Positions 53,944-64,000 of a DNA stretch of 64,000 bases are shown here, one piece after another. The DNA is from Antedon mediterranea (Eukaryota > Animalia > Echinodermata): NCBI RefSeq assembly GCF_964355755.1, contig NC_092671.1, positions 17,236,001 to 17,300,000 of the forward strand, written 5' to 3'. The notes under the pieces are model-generated. The model saw nothing but the letters and a program-made list of their open reading frames with translations. It made no database searches and was not told where the DNA came from. A program made the position numbers and the translations under genes. The first letter of the stretch is position 1; the number at the start of each line of letters is the position of its first letter.

Positions 53944-54822
53944 TGTTATGCGCGATTTGAACGATTTGCGCAATTTGAAATTGCGCAAAAAAAATCCTTG
54001 CGCAATTTGAACTGAAACATGTGTTTCAAATTGCGCAAGCAACGTATTAAATTGCGCAAGTAATCTGCAAATTGCGCAAGGTTTTTCGACAGATTGTGAA
54101 ATCATGCACACCCATATTTTATAGTAATTTCTAAGAATGATTCAAAATTAAAGATAAATATCGCATTTCCTTATTTTAGTAGTGCAAATATTGTTATAAG
54201 TTAGCATACCGTCGAAGAACCGACGAAGGAAAACGAAGCGGTGGTGTTCCACCAGGCGGGCGTGGCGCGGCCGGCCGGCTATACTACTCTAGCCTAGCTA
54301 GGGTCTGGACTACTGATACTGACTAGGTTACATGGCCTAGCTTAAACTAATATTAAAAACTTAATTTTTACATTTATTTTGATTTATTTCAAGTTACAGT
54401 GATAATATTATTTAATTGTAATAATAAATGTTATGTATTTATTATACACATGTTATCTTCGCATTTATTATGTTTTATTTTGAGTTATTTAGTTTCCAAT
54501 AAATTATTAAAATACCGATTGTCTGGTAGAATTTTGTTGCGCAATTTGAAAATTTACAGTTCGTTTTCAAATTGCGCAAAGGTGTCATTTTGCGCAAGAA
54601 CTATCTTGCGCAATTTACAAATTGTGCAGCGCAATTTAAAATTGCGCAAAGATTTTCTTGCGCAATTTGAAATTGCGCAAGTTGATTGCGCAATTTCAAA
54701 TTGCGCAAAAAAATCCTTGCGCAATTTTAAATTGCGCAAGAATTCTTTGCGCAATTTCAAATTGCGCAAGGATTTTTTTGCGCAGTTTCAAATTGCGCAA
54801 ATCGTTCAAATCGCGCATAACA
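53944..54822. mobile_element. Non-autonomous TIR element (TGT...ACA ends, 4-bp TSD; Ginger-like)
   Basis: About 65-bp TIR beginning TGTTATGCGCGATTTGAACGATTTGCGCAA; TSD TAAA; about 20 TTGCGCAA palindromes. Confidence 0.8.
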
Positions 54823-55050
54823 TAAATAATTGTTAATTGTACTAATGTACTATAGCGGCTAGGCTAGTAGTAATAGTAGGGTAGGGCCTACTATTATTTC
54901 TAATAAGCCTTGGTTGGCCCTTTTTTGGTGAGTAACATTGTATTGATTGTTATTATTTGTTATTTTATTATTGTTTCAACATTTGTTGTACTAACTACTG
55001 TACTAGTATTTAATATGTTTTTTTAAAAAATAATTTATTATTACAGAAAA

Positions 55051-55116
55051 ATGAAGACTGTGATAACATGCCTGAAGTGGATTCAAAGAGGAGTTGCCAA
55101 AGCAGACCCAGATAAG
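55051..55116 (+). CDS. PWP1: PWP1 first coding exon
   Basis: ttacag|AAAA ATG; donor gtact; the acceptor implies an upstream 5'UTR exon. Confidence 0.9.
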
Positions 55117-58100
55117 GTACTTTGTAATGTGTTTTATGTATTGTTAATAATAATATTTAGCAACTAAATACAACACGATAATGTTTACATATTTTTTCCG
55201 CAGTAGAGTAGTTTCTAGGCAAAGCTATGCTAAATTATCACCACTACTACTTTCAGGTAACCTTAAGTAAAGAACAGTTGGAGAGTTTAATTAAATCAAC
55301 CAAAGAACAATTGGAAGATCTAGGAGATGACGAGATTGAGAAGCTTGAATCCGAAGATGAGAGTGACATGGACATGAGCGGCGATGAGACAGGGGAGAGT
55401 AAAACTCCTGAGAAGGATGGGGAGTTAGCAGACTATGAAATGCATAAGTATGATGAAGCAACAGGTACAACCCCTCATCAAACCTATTATATAGCCAAAA
55501 CTAGATTTTAAAAATTACCTGATTTTAAACTCTCCTAAAACCATACTCTTTTGGGCTGGACTAATATGTCTGGTTTTCCATAAATTCTTGTATTCAGAAT
55601 GTGTTTTTAATGAGAAAAGTCTGGTTATGGGAGATTTTCTTTTTTTTCAGAGAGTCTGTATAATAAAGTGCATATCATTGTTGAGTCTGTAGATGGCAAC
55701 AAATGCTAGTAATTTGCTGTACCAAGCATAAAATGAGACTAAAGTTGTTTGTACTAGACCCAGAACTAGACCTTGTAAACTGCTGGTCACTAGACCTTGT
55801 AAACTGCAGCTGGTCTAGTTCTAAATTCAGAATTTCTTTCAGATTAATGTTAACATAATTTGTATCTCTCAGGAAGTAGTGGAATAACGGATACATTGGC
55901 TGGATTGGCAATATTTGCCGACAACAAAGAAGATCCATATATGACATTAAAAGACCAGGTAAAGCTTTGTTCCTGCTTGGACGCATCACAAGGAAGTTAG
56001 CGGGCCACAAGCAATTTGACCAATCACGATATGATGAACCATCCAAACTGTTGTTTCTGATTTGCGTTGCGTAAATGAGGGTGTTGCACAGTGGAGTAAT
56101 GGCTATGAGCGCTCACTGGTACCCAAGGGCAAAGAGCATGAGCAGTCCAAAGCAGTGCAAACCAGGGGCCTTTACCCTTTGTGTTACACCACTGGTGTTG
56201 CAGTCCTGTACCTTGAAACTACAAGAATAATGGCTTGTAAACATTGTTAAATAAATAATTATTGTTTAAGCCACAGAGCTTTTGTTATATAAAGATGATT
56301 TTAATTTCATAGGGTAGTGACAATGAGGCAGATGATGTAGCTATCAAACCTTCAGATAATCTTTTAGTTGTTGGCCGAGCAGAAGAAGATTACAGTAATT
56401 TAGATATCTATGGTAAGCATTAAATAAAGTAGAGCCCCTCCTTTTGGGACACTGCTATTCCTGTGAAATAATGATATATGTTTTAAAAGTAAATAAATGC
56501 ATAAACCCTATTTGGAGTCACTTGTTTGAGTCCTTAAGTTGTCCCCTTAATAGGGGTCACTTGTGTGAGTCCTTAAGTTGTCCCCCCTATTAGGGGTCAC
56601 TTGTTTGAGTACTTAAGTTGTCCCCCTATTAGGGGTCACTTGTGTGAGTCCTTAAGTTGTCCCCTTAATAGGGGTCACTTGTTTGAGTCCTTAAGTTGTC
56701 CCCCTATTAGGGGTCACTTGTTTGAGTCCTTAAGTTATCCCCTTAATAGGGGTCACTTGTTTGAGTCCTTAAGTTGTCCCCCTATTAGGGGTCACTTGTT
56801 TGAGTCCTTAAGTTGTCCCCCTATTAGGGGTCACTTGTTTGAGTCCTTAAGTTGTCCCCCTATTAGGGGTCACTTGTTTGAGTCCTTAAGTTGTCCCCTT
56901 AATAGGGGTCACTTGTTTGAGTCCTTAAGTTGTCCCCTTAATAGGGGTCACTTGTTTGAGTCCTTAAGTTGTCCCCTTATTTGGGGTCATTTGTTTGAGT
57001 CCTTAAGTTGTCCCCTTAATAGGGGTCACTTGTTTGAGTCCTTAAGTTGTCCCCTTAATAGGGGTCACTTGTTTGAGTCCTTAAGTTGTCCCCTTAATAG
57101 GGGTCACTTGTTTGAGTCCTTAGGTTGTCCCCTTAATAGGGGTCACTTGTTTGAGTCCTTAAGTTGTCCCCCTATTAGGGGTCACTTGTTTGAGTCCTTA
57201 AGTTGTCCCCCTATTAGGGGTCACTTGTTTGAGTCCTTAAGTTGTCCCCTTAATAGGGGTCACTTGTTTGAGTCCTTAAGTTGTCCCCTTATTAGGGGTC
57301 ACTTGTTTGAGTCCTTAAGTTGTCCCCTTAATAGGGGTCACTTGTTTGAGTCCTTAGGTTGTCCCCTTATTAGGGGTCACTTGTTTGAGTCCTTAAGTTG
57401 TCCCCTTAATAGGGGTCACTTGTTTGAGTCCTTAAGTTGTCCCCTTATTAGGGGTCACTTGTTTGAGTCCTTAAGTTGTCCCCCCTATTAGGGGTCACTT
57501 GTTTGAGTCCTTAAGTTGTCCCCCTAATAGGGGTCACTTGTTTGAGTCCTTAAGTTGTCCCCCTATTAGGGGTCACTTGTTTGAGTCCTTAAGTTGTCCC
57601 CCTATTAGGGGTCACTTGTTTGAGTCCTTAAGTTGTCCCCCTATTAGGGGTCACTTGTTTGAGTCCTTAAGTTGTCCCCCTATTAGGGGTCACTTGTTTG
57701 AGTCCTTAAGTTGTCCCCTTAATAGGGGTCACTTGTTTGAGTCCTTAAGTTGTCCCCTTATTAGGGGTCACTTGTTTGAGTCCTTAAGTTGTCCCCTTAA
57801 TAGGGGTCACTTGTTTGAGTCCTTAGGTTGTCCCCTTATTAGGGGTCACTTGTTTGAGTCCTTAAGTTGTCCCCTTAATAGGGGTCACTTGTTTGAGTCC
57901 TTAAGTTGTCCCCTTATTAGGGGTCACTTGTTTGAGTCCTTAAGTTGTCCCCCCTATTAGGGGTCACTTGTTTGAGTCCTTAAGTTGTCCCCCTATTAGG
58001 GGTCACTTGTTTGAGTCCTTAAGTTGTCCCCTTAATAGGGGTCACTTGTTTGAGTCCTTAAGTTGTCCCCTTATTAGGGGTCACTTGTTTGAGTCCTTAA

Positions 58101-61100
58101 GTTGTCCCCTTAATAGGGGTCACTTGTTTGAGTCCTTAGGTTGTCCCCTTATTAGGGGTCACTTGTTTGAGTCCTTAAGTTGTCCCCTTAATAGGGGTCA
58201 CTTGTTTGAGTCCTTAAGTTGTCCCCTTATTAGGGGTCACTTGTTTGAGTCCTTAAGTTGTCCCCCCTATTAGGGGTCACTTGTTTGAGTCCTTAAGTTG
58301 TCCCCTTAATAGGGGTCACTTGTTTGAGTCCTTAAGTTGTCCCCCTATTAGGGGACACTTGTTTGAGTCCTTAAGTTATCCCCTTAATAGGGGTCACTTG
58401 TTTGAGTCCTTAAGTTGTCCCCTTAATAGGGGTCACTTGTTTGAGTCCTTAAGTTGTCCCCCTATTAGGGGTCACTTGTTTGAGTCCTTAAGTTGTCCCC
58501 CTATTAGGGGTCACTTGTTTGAGTCCTTAAGTTGTCCCCCTATTAGGGGTCACTTGTTTGAGTCCTTAAGTTGTCCCCTTAATAGGGGTCACTTGTGTGA
58601 GTCCTTAAGTTGTCCCCCCTATTAGGGGTCACTTGTTTGAGTACTTAAGTTGTCCCCCTATTAGGGGTCACTTGTTTGAGTCCTTAAGTTGTCCCCTTAA
58701 TAGGGGTCACTTGTTTGAGTCCTTAAGTTGTCCCCCTATTAGGGGTCACTTGTTTGAGTCCTTAAGTTATCCCCTTAATAGGGGTCACTTGTTTGAGTCC
58801 TTAAGTTGTCCCCTTAATAGGGGTCACTTGTTTGAGTCCTTAAGTTATCCCCTTAATAGGGGTCACTTGTTTGAGTCCTTAAGTTGTCCCCTTAATAGGG
58901 GTCACTTGTTTGAGTCCTTAAGTTGTCCCCTTAATAGGGGTCACTTGTTTGAGTCCTTAAGTTGTCCCCTTAATAGGGGTCACTTGTTTGAGTCCTTAAG
59001 TTATCCCCTTAATAGGGGTCACTTGTTTGAGTCCTTAAGTTATCCCCTTAATAGGGGTCACTTGTTTGAGTCCTTAAGTTGTCCCCTTAATAGGGGTCAC
59101 TTGTTTGAGTCCTTAAGTTATCCCCTTAATAGGGGTCACTTGTTTGAGTCCTTAAGTTGTCCCCTTAATAGGGGTCACTTGTTTGAGTCCTTAAGTTGTC
59201 CCCTTATTTGGGGTCATTTGTTTGAGTCCTTAAGTTGTCCCCTTAATAGGGGTCACTTGTTTGAGTCCTTAAGTTGTCCCCTTAATAGGGGTCACTTGTT
59301 TGAGTCCTTAAGTTGTCCCCTTAATAGGGGTCACTTGTTTGAGTCCTTAGGTTGTCCCCTTAATAGGGGTCACTTGTTTGAGTCCTTAAGTTGTCCCCTT
59401 AATAGGGGTCACTTGTTTGAGTCCTTAAGTTGTCCCCTTAATAGGGGTCACTTGTTTGAGTCCTTAAGTTGTCCCCTTAATAGGGGTCACTTGTTTGAGT
59501 CCTTAAGTTGTCCCCTTAATAGGGGTCACTTGTTTGAGTCCTTAAGTTGTCCCCCTAATAGGGGTCACTTGTTTGAGTCCTTAAGTTGTCCCCTTATTAG
59601 GGGTCACTTGTTTGAGTCCTTAAGTTGTCCCCCTAATAGGGGTCACTTGTTTGAGTCCTTAAGTTGTCCCCCTATTAGGGGTCACTTGTTTGAGTCCTTA
59701 AGTTGTCCCCTTAATAGGGGTCACTTGTTTGAGTCCTTAAGTTGTCCCCCTATTAGGGGTCACTTGTTTGAGTCCTTAAGTTGTCCCCTTAATAGGGGTC
59801 ACTTGTTTGAGTCCTTAAGTTGTCCCCCTATTAGGGGTCACTTGTTTGAGTCCTTAAGTTGTCCCCCTATTAGGGGTCACTTGTTTGAGTCCTTAAGTTG
59901 TCCCCTTAATAGGGGTCACTTGTTTGAGTCCTTAAGTTGTCCCCCTATTAGGGGTCACTTGTTTGAGTCCTTAAGTTGTCCCCCTATTAGGGGTCACTTG
60001 TTTGAGTCCTTAAGTTGTCCCCTTAATAGGGGTCACTTGTTTGAGTCCTTAAGTTGTCCCCCTATTAGGGGTCACTTGTTTGAGTCCTTAAGTTGTCCCC
60101 TTAATAGGGGTCACTTGTTTGAGTCCTTAAGTTGTCCCCCTATTAGGGGTCACTTGTTTGAGTCCTTAAGTTGTCCCCTTAATAGGGGTCACTTGTTTGA
60201 GTCCTTAAGTTGTCCCCCTATTAGGGGTCACTTGTTTGAGTCCTTAAGTTGTCCCCCTAATAGGGGACACTTGTTTGAGTCCTTAAGTTGTCCCCCTATT
60301 AGGGGTCACTTGTTTGAGTCCTTAAGTTGTCCCCCTAATAGGGGACACTTGTTTGAGTCCTTAAGTTGTCCCCTTAATAGGGGTCACTTGTTTGAGTCCT
60401 TAAGTTGTCCCCTTAATAGGGGTCACTTGTTTGAGTCCTTAAGTTGTCCCCTTATTAGGGGTCACTTGTTTGAGTCCTTAAGTTGTCCCCCCTATTAGGG
60501 GTCACTTGTTTGAGTCCTTAAGTTGTCCCCCTAATAGGGGTCACTTGTTTGAGTCCTTAAGTTGTCCCCCTAATAGGGGTCACTTGTTTGAGTCCTTAAG
60601 TTGTCCCCTTAATAGGGGTCACTTGTTTGAGTCCTTAAGTTATCCCCTTAATAGGGGTCACTTGTTTGAGTCCTTAAGTTATCCCCTTAATAGGGGTCAC
60701 TTGTTTGAGTCCTTAAGTTGTCCCCTTAATAGGGGTCACTTGTTTGAGTCCTTAAGTTGTCCCCCTATTAGGGGTCACTTGTTTGAGTCCTTAAGTTATC
60801 CCCTTAATAGGGGTCACTTGTTTGAGTCCTTAAGTTGTCCCCTTAATAGGGGTCACTTGTTTGAGTCCTTAAGTTGTCCCCTTAATAGGGGTCACTTGTT
60901 TGAGTCCTTAAGTTGTCCCCTTAATAGGGGTCACTTGTTTGAGTCCTTAAGTTGTCCCCTTAATAGGGTTCTATTATGATGTAATGAAAAATGTATAATA
61001 CGTAATTGACTGTTGTAGATATTTAGACTAGAATTTGCTTTACTGCACCGCAAAGTGTAAAGCCAATGCATACTAAACTACTTATTGACTTGTATGGTAA

Positions 61101-63189
61101 TAATAATGTGGTATTGTAATATTTTGCAGTTTATAATGAGGAAGACCATGTATTCTACGTCCATCATGACTTGTTATTATCATCATTTCCGCTGTCATTG
61201 GAATGGATTCAAGGTAGCTCTTCAGGTATTGGAGTCCTGTAATTTCTTAACATACTGTATCATAAATGTATAGTATGGAATGCTATGGGCTTAATTATGA
61301 AGAGACTGGCACCTAAAGGTTGAGTATGGAATGCTATGGGCTTAGTCATGAGGAGACTGACACCTAAAGTATATAGTATGGAATGCTATGGGCTTATCAT
61401 GAAGAGAGTGACACCTAAAAAGTGTATAGTATGGAATGCTATGGGCTTAATCATGAGGTGACTGGCACATAAAGTGTATAGTATGGATTTCTATGGGCTA
61501 AATCATGAAGAGACTGGCACCTAAAGTGTATAGTATGGAAACATATGGGCTTAAAATTGAGGAGACATTTCATTAGAACTTGGTCATTGTCCCTTCGAAA
61601 TAACATAAAATTCCTCCCATCTCAGGTTCCATGCTAAGACCTCCCTCTTCCTCCACTCTACCGTTCTCCATTCACTCTTTCTCTCCTAAAATGTCAATAT
61701 TAACCCCTTTTCTGCCCTTCAGAATGATTTAAAATTGCATTCAATTGTAAACAATGGTATTATTTCTAGTATGTATTTATATTATATTGTCTATTAATAT
61801 GCAGATATTTGCCCTTGATGGCATCCGTAGCTAACAAAGATGTGGCGGAAACATTGTTATAAATAAATATTATTGTATTTTTATTTTATGTTTTTAGGAA
61901 ACATGATTGCAATTGGTAGTATGTCATCAGTGATTGAACTATGGGACTTAGACTTAATCGATGCAATAGAACCCTCCTTTATATTAGGGGAACCTCAATC
62001 AAAAAAGAAAAAGGCTAAAAAAGAGGTAAATAAAATACATTTTAAGTTTTTCATATTGTAAATAAAATGTTATTTTTAACATATAATTATATATAAAAAT
62101 ATAATTTGTAATTTTTTTTTTTTTGCTTTTTGTAGAAAAAGACTACAAAACCAAAAATCGGTCATTCTGGTGCAGTGTTAGATCTGGCGTCAAATCACAA
62201 TTTTAATCACATTCTGGCGAGTGCATCGACAGATGAGACTATTGCATTGTGGGATCTTGGTACTACACAAGTCGCATCTACTTTACGGCATCATAGCGAC
62301 AAAGTTCAAACTATTGATTGGCATGCGACTGATGGGCACACATTGTTGTCCGGAGGATTTGATAAGTGCGTATTATTAGACAATTCCTAATTTTGTTTGC
62401 AATAATTTAATTAATTTTTTTAGCCAAGCATAAAAACCTTTAGTTTTTTAAGTAAATAAATTGACAGTGAAAATTGAAACACCAGTGATTATTACATTTC
62501 TTGTAATGTTGCTATAAAGTTTGCGGTACACTACATATTTCTTAGTTCTGAAAAGAACGATTGAGTTTCTCAAACTAAATATATGTAGTATAACATATTG
62601 ATTTCACCATGCAAACCTTGCAACAATTTCTTGTAATGTTAATCTAAAAGATTAAGTTGAACGGGGCGCTACAGTATACTGCCATACAAACCTATGTCAT
62701 AGAGTATATGTGCATGCGATTGAAATCTGAAATTTTACCAAAAGCCTGCACCAAAATTTAATTGCTTTTTGTACAATTTATATAACATTTACGTTAGCGC
62801 TGTTTACCAGCTAGGCCTACAAAACTAATCCTAGCTAGGCTAGGCCTAGATAGTCCCAATAAGAAATTCAATGCAAGCTACTTAGGTAGTGCATTTTTTC
62901 TCTCTTTTTGTCATAAATTGTACATTTAAGACCAGGAATGACCTGGTTTAATTTTTTTAAACTAATTAAGTAATATATATGCATTATTTTTACAAAACTT
63001 CAACAATTTTAGGGAAAGTGTTTTTATTAAAACATCTCTGTCTGTTTAATTTATTTGTTGATCTTTTTTAATTTCAGAATAGTAAATTTATACGATTGTC
63101 GAGTTCCAGATGAATGTTCCAAGTCTTGGAATTTAAACGGTGAAATTGAGCGAGTTCTTTGGAATCCTTCAAATTCAAACACATTTTTA
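55051..63189 (+). CDS. PWP1: Periodic tryptophan protein 1 homolog (WD40), 3'-partial: join(55051..55116,55257..55464,55873..55958,56313..56412,61130..61225,61898..62025,62136..62365,63078..63189)
   Basis: [28 protein letters not shown]..., an acidic region, [53 protein letters not shown], an NLS-like KKKK, and GHSGAVLDL...[14 protein letters not shown]...HSDKVQ WD40 repeats, matching PWP1 as I recall it. Junctions are GT-AG and phase-consistent; the gene continues past the window. Confidence 0.94.
55257..55464 (+). CDS. PWP1: PWP1 coding exon 2
   Basis: [12 protein letters not shown]...[11 protein letters not shown]; ttcag/gtacaa. Confidence 0.92.
55873..55958 (+). CDS. PWP1: PWP1 coding exon 3
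   Basis: [21 protein letters not shown]; ctcag/gtaaag. Confidence 0.92.
56089..56194. mobile_element. hAT-type MITE family C, copy 4
   Basis: CAGTGGAGTAA...TTACACCACTG; perfect 8-bp TSD GTGTTGCA. Confidence 0.85.
56313..56412 (+). CDS. PWP1: PWP1 coding exon 4
   Basis: [23 protein letters not shown]; catag/gtaagc. Confidence 0.94.
56512..60969 (+). repeat. 39-bp satellite/minisatellite, about 114 copies, in a PWP1 intron
   Basis: Unit GGGGTCACTTGTTTGAGTCCTTAAGTTGTCCCCTTAATA with a few recurrent variants. Confidence 0.97.
61130..61225 (+). CDS. PWP1: PWP1 coding exon 5
   Basis: [27 protein letters not shown]; tgcag/gtattg (alternative donor after 61213). Confidence 0.9.
61267..61566 (+). 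repeat. About 52-bp tandem repeat, about 5.5 copies
   Basis: TATAGTATGGAATGCTATGGGCTTAA..ATGAAGAGACTGGCACCTAAAG units. Confidence 0.9.
61898..62025 (+). CDS. PWP1: PWP1 coding exon 6
   Basis: [18 protein letters not shown]...; tttag/gtaaat. Confidence 0.94.
62136..62365 (+). CDS. PWP1: PWP1 coding exon 7
   Basis: GHSGAVLDL...LLSGGFD; tgtag/gtgcgt. Confidence 0.94.
63078..63189 (+). CDS. PWP1: PWP1 coding exon 8
   Basis: [10 protein letters not shown]...GEIERVLWN; ttcag/gtaagt. Confidence 0.93.
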
Positions 63190-64000
63190 GTAAGTTTAAA
63201 TTGTACCCAATACACACGCCCGTATTCTTAAACCGGACTTTAGTCTTAGTTCGAAGTTCGACTTGGAAAAGTCGTAGTTCGAGCTATTACTTCAAATTCG
63301 ATTAAAAAATGAAGTAGTCGAAGTTTGCAGTTCGACTTAATGAAGTCGAGCTTTTAGTCGAGTTGCACACGTCTGGGTAACAAAGGCTATACATTGGCCA
63401 ATGACAAGAGAGTATTTGAGGAGCAGACGAAATTTTGCGCATTGATATCACTTTCCATTTCTTACAACACTTTTTACGCATCAGGACTATATACATGAAA
63501 AATAATTTTAATTGTTAATTATTAGAACAATATCAGTATTAATTTAACAGTGAAGTATATTTGATTAACAACAAATAAAATCTTAAAAATATATTTAGGA
63601 ACCATGGCGGTACGGTAACTTTATATTTTCTAGGCCCCCAACAAAGTATGATCGCCACGAACCACGAACTTCATAGCGTGACAAGAAAGCGCTAGGCCCC
63701 CTAAACATTCCATCGCGTGGTGAATTGCCGCATCTCCCATTGTCGCTATGGCGTGACGTAGCTCAAGTCGGACTTGCGCGAAGAAAATAATGTAATTTGT
63801 ATACAGTTGTAAATAAAGATGATTTTCATTATTATAATTTATACCAATGTATATTTAATTAAGCTAATATAAATATAGATATTTCATTCTTCAATATCTG
63901 GCCAATATAAAAACTCAATGACTGTTACGTTTTTTATAAACATCGTTTAAAAACCATTTAGTCGACCATTTAGTCTGCCCCCTCCAGGACTAAAAAAATC

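Noticed and set aside
53911-54836. ORFs with LRNFKLRK repeats
   Set aside because: Translation of TTGCGCAA subterminal repeats of a TIR element
56512-60969. CRISPR-like array
   Set aside because: No unique spacers and no cas genes; eukaryotic intron
56601-60979. Long ORFs of [13 protein letters not shown] repeats (up to 621 aa)
   Set aside because: Artefact of a stop-free 39-bp unit; TTG starts, recurrent +1 frameshifts, and located inside a PWP1 intron
63203-63380. TCGA-rich MITE
   Set aside because: Probably a TE, but TIRs and TSD could not be defined

Overview
AT-rich, intron-rich animal genomic DNA (invertebrate-like, possibly an echinoderm; the taxon is an inference). Exon structures were reconstructed by hand from GT/AG sites and frame continuity. 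There are three spliced genes: (1) the 3' part of a synaptotagmin-7 gene (+, 6 coding exons, 7306-22347, both C2 domains intact); (2) a complete ArfGAP2/3 (Glo3-type) gene (-, 14 coding exons, 53281-28850, about 535 aa), convergent with SYT7; (3) the 5' part of PWP1 (+, 8 coding exons, 55051-63189), head-to-head with ArfGAP2/3. Introns are full of non-autonomous elements (hAT, PIF/Harbinger, Tc1/mariner, MULE-like, Ginger-like, Helentron-like, tRNA- and 5S-derived SINEs, RTE and Penelope fragments) and tandem repeats, including a 4.5-kb array of a 39-bp unit. Most ORF-track entries are spurious. The most unusual signals are: a Penelope-associated minimal hammerhead ribozyme whose C3-G8 core pair is swapped to A3-U8; a chimeric 5S rRNA/tRNA/CORE-like SINE; a satellite apparently amplified from a MITE subterminal repeat, with higher-order structure; and a TIR element carrying about 20 TTGCGCAA (C/EBP-consensus) palindromes beside the bidirectional promoter. 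I found no evidence for a wholly new multi-gene system.
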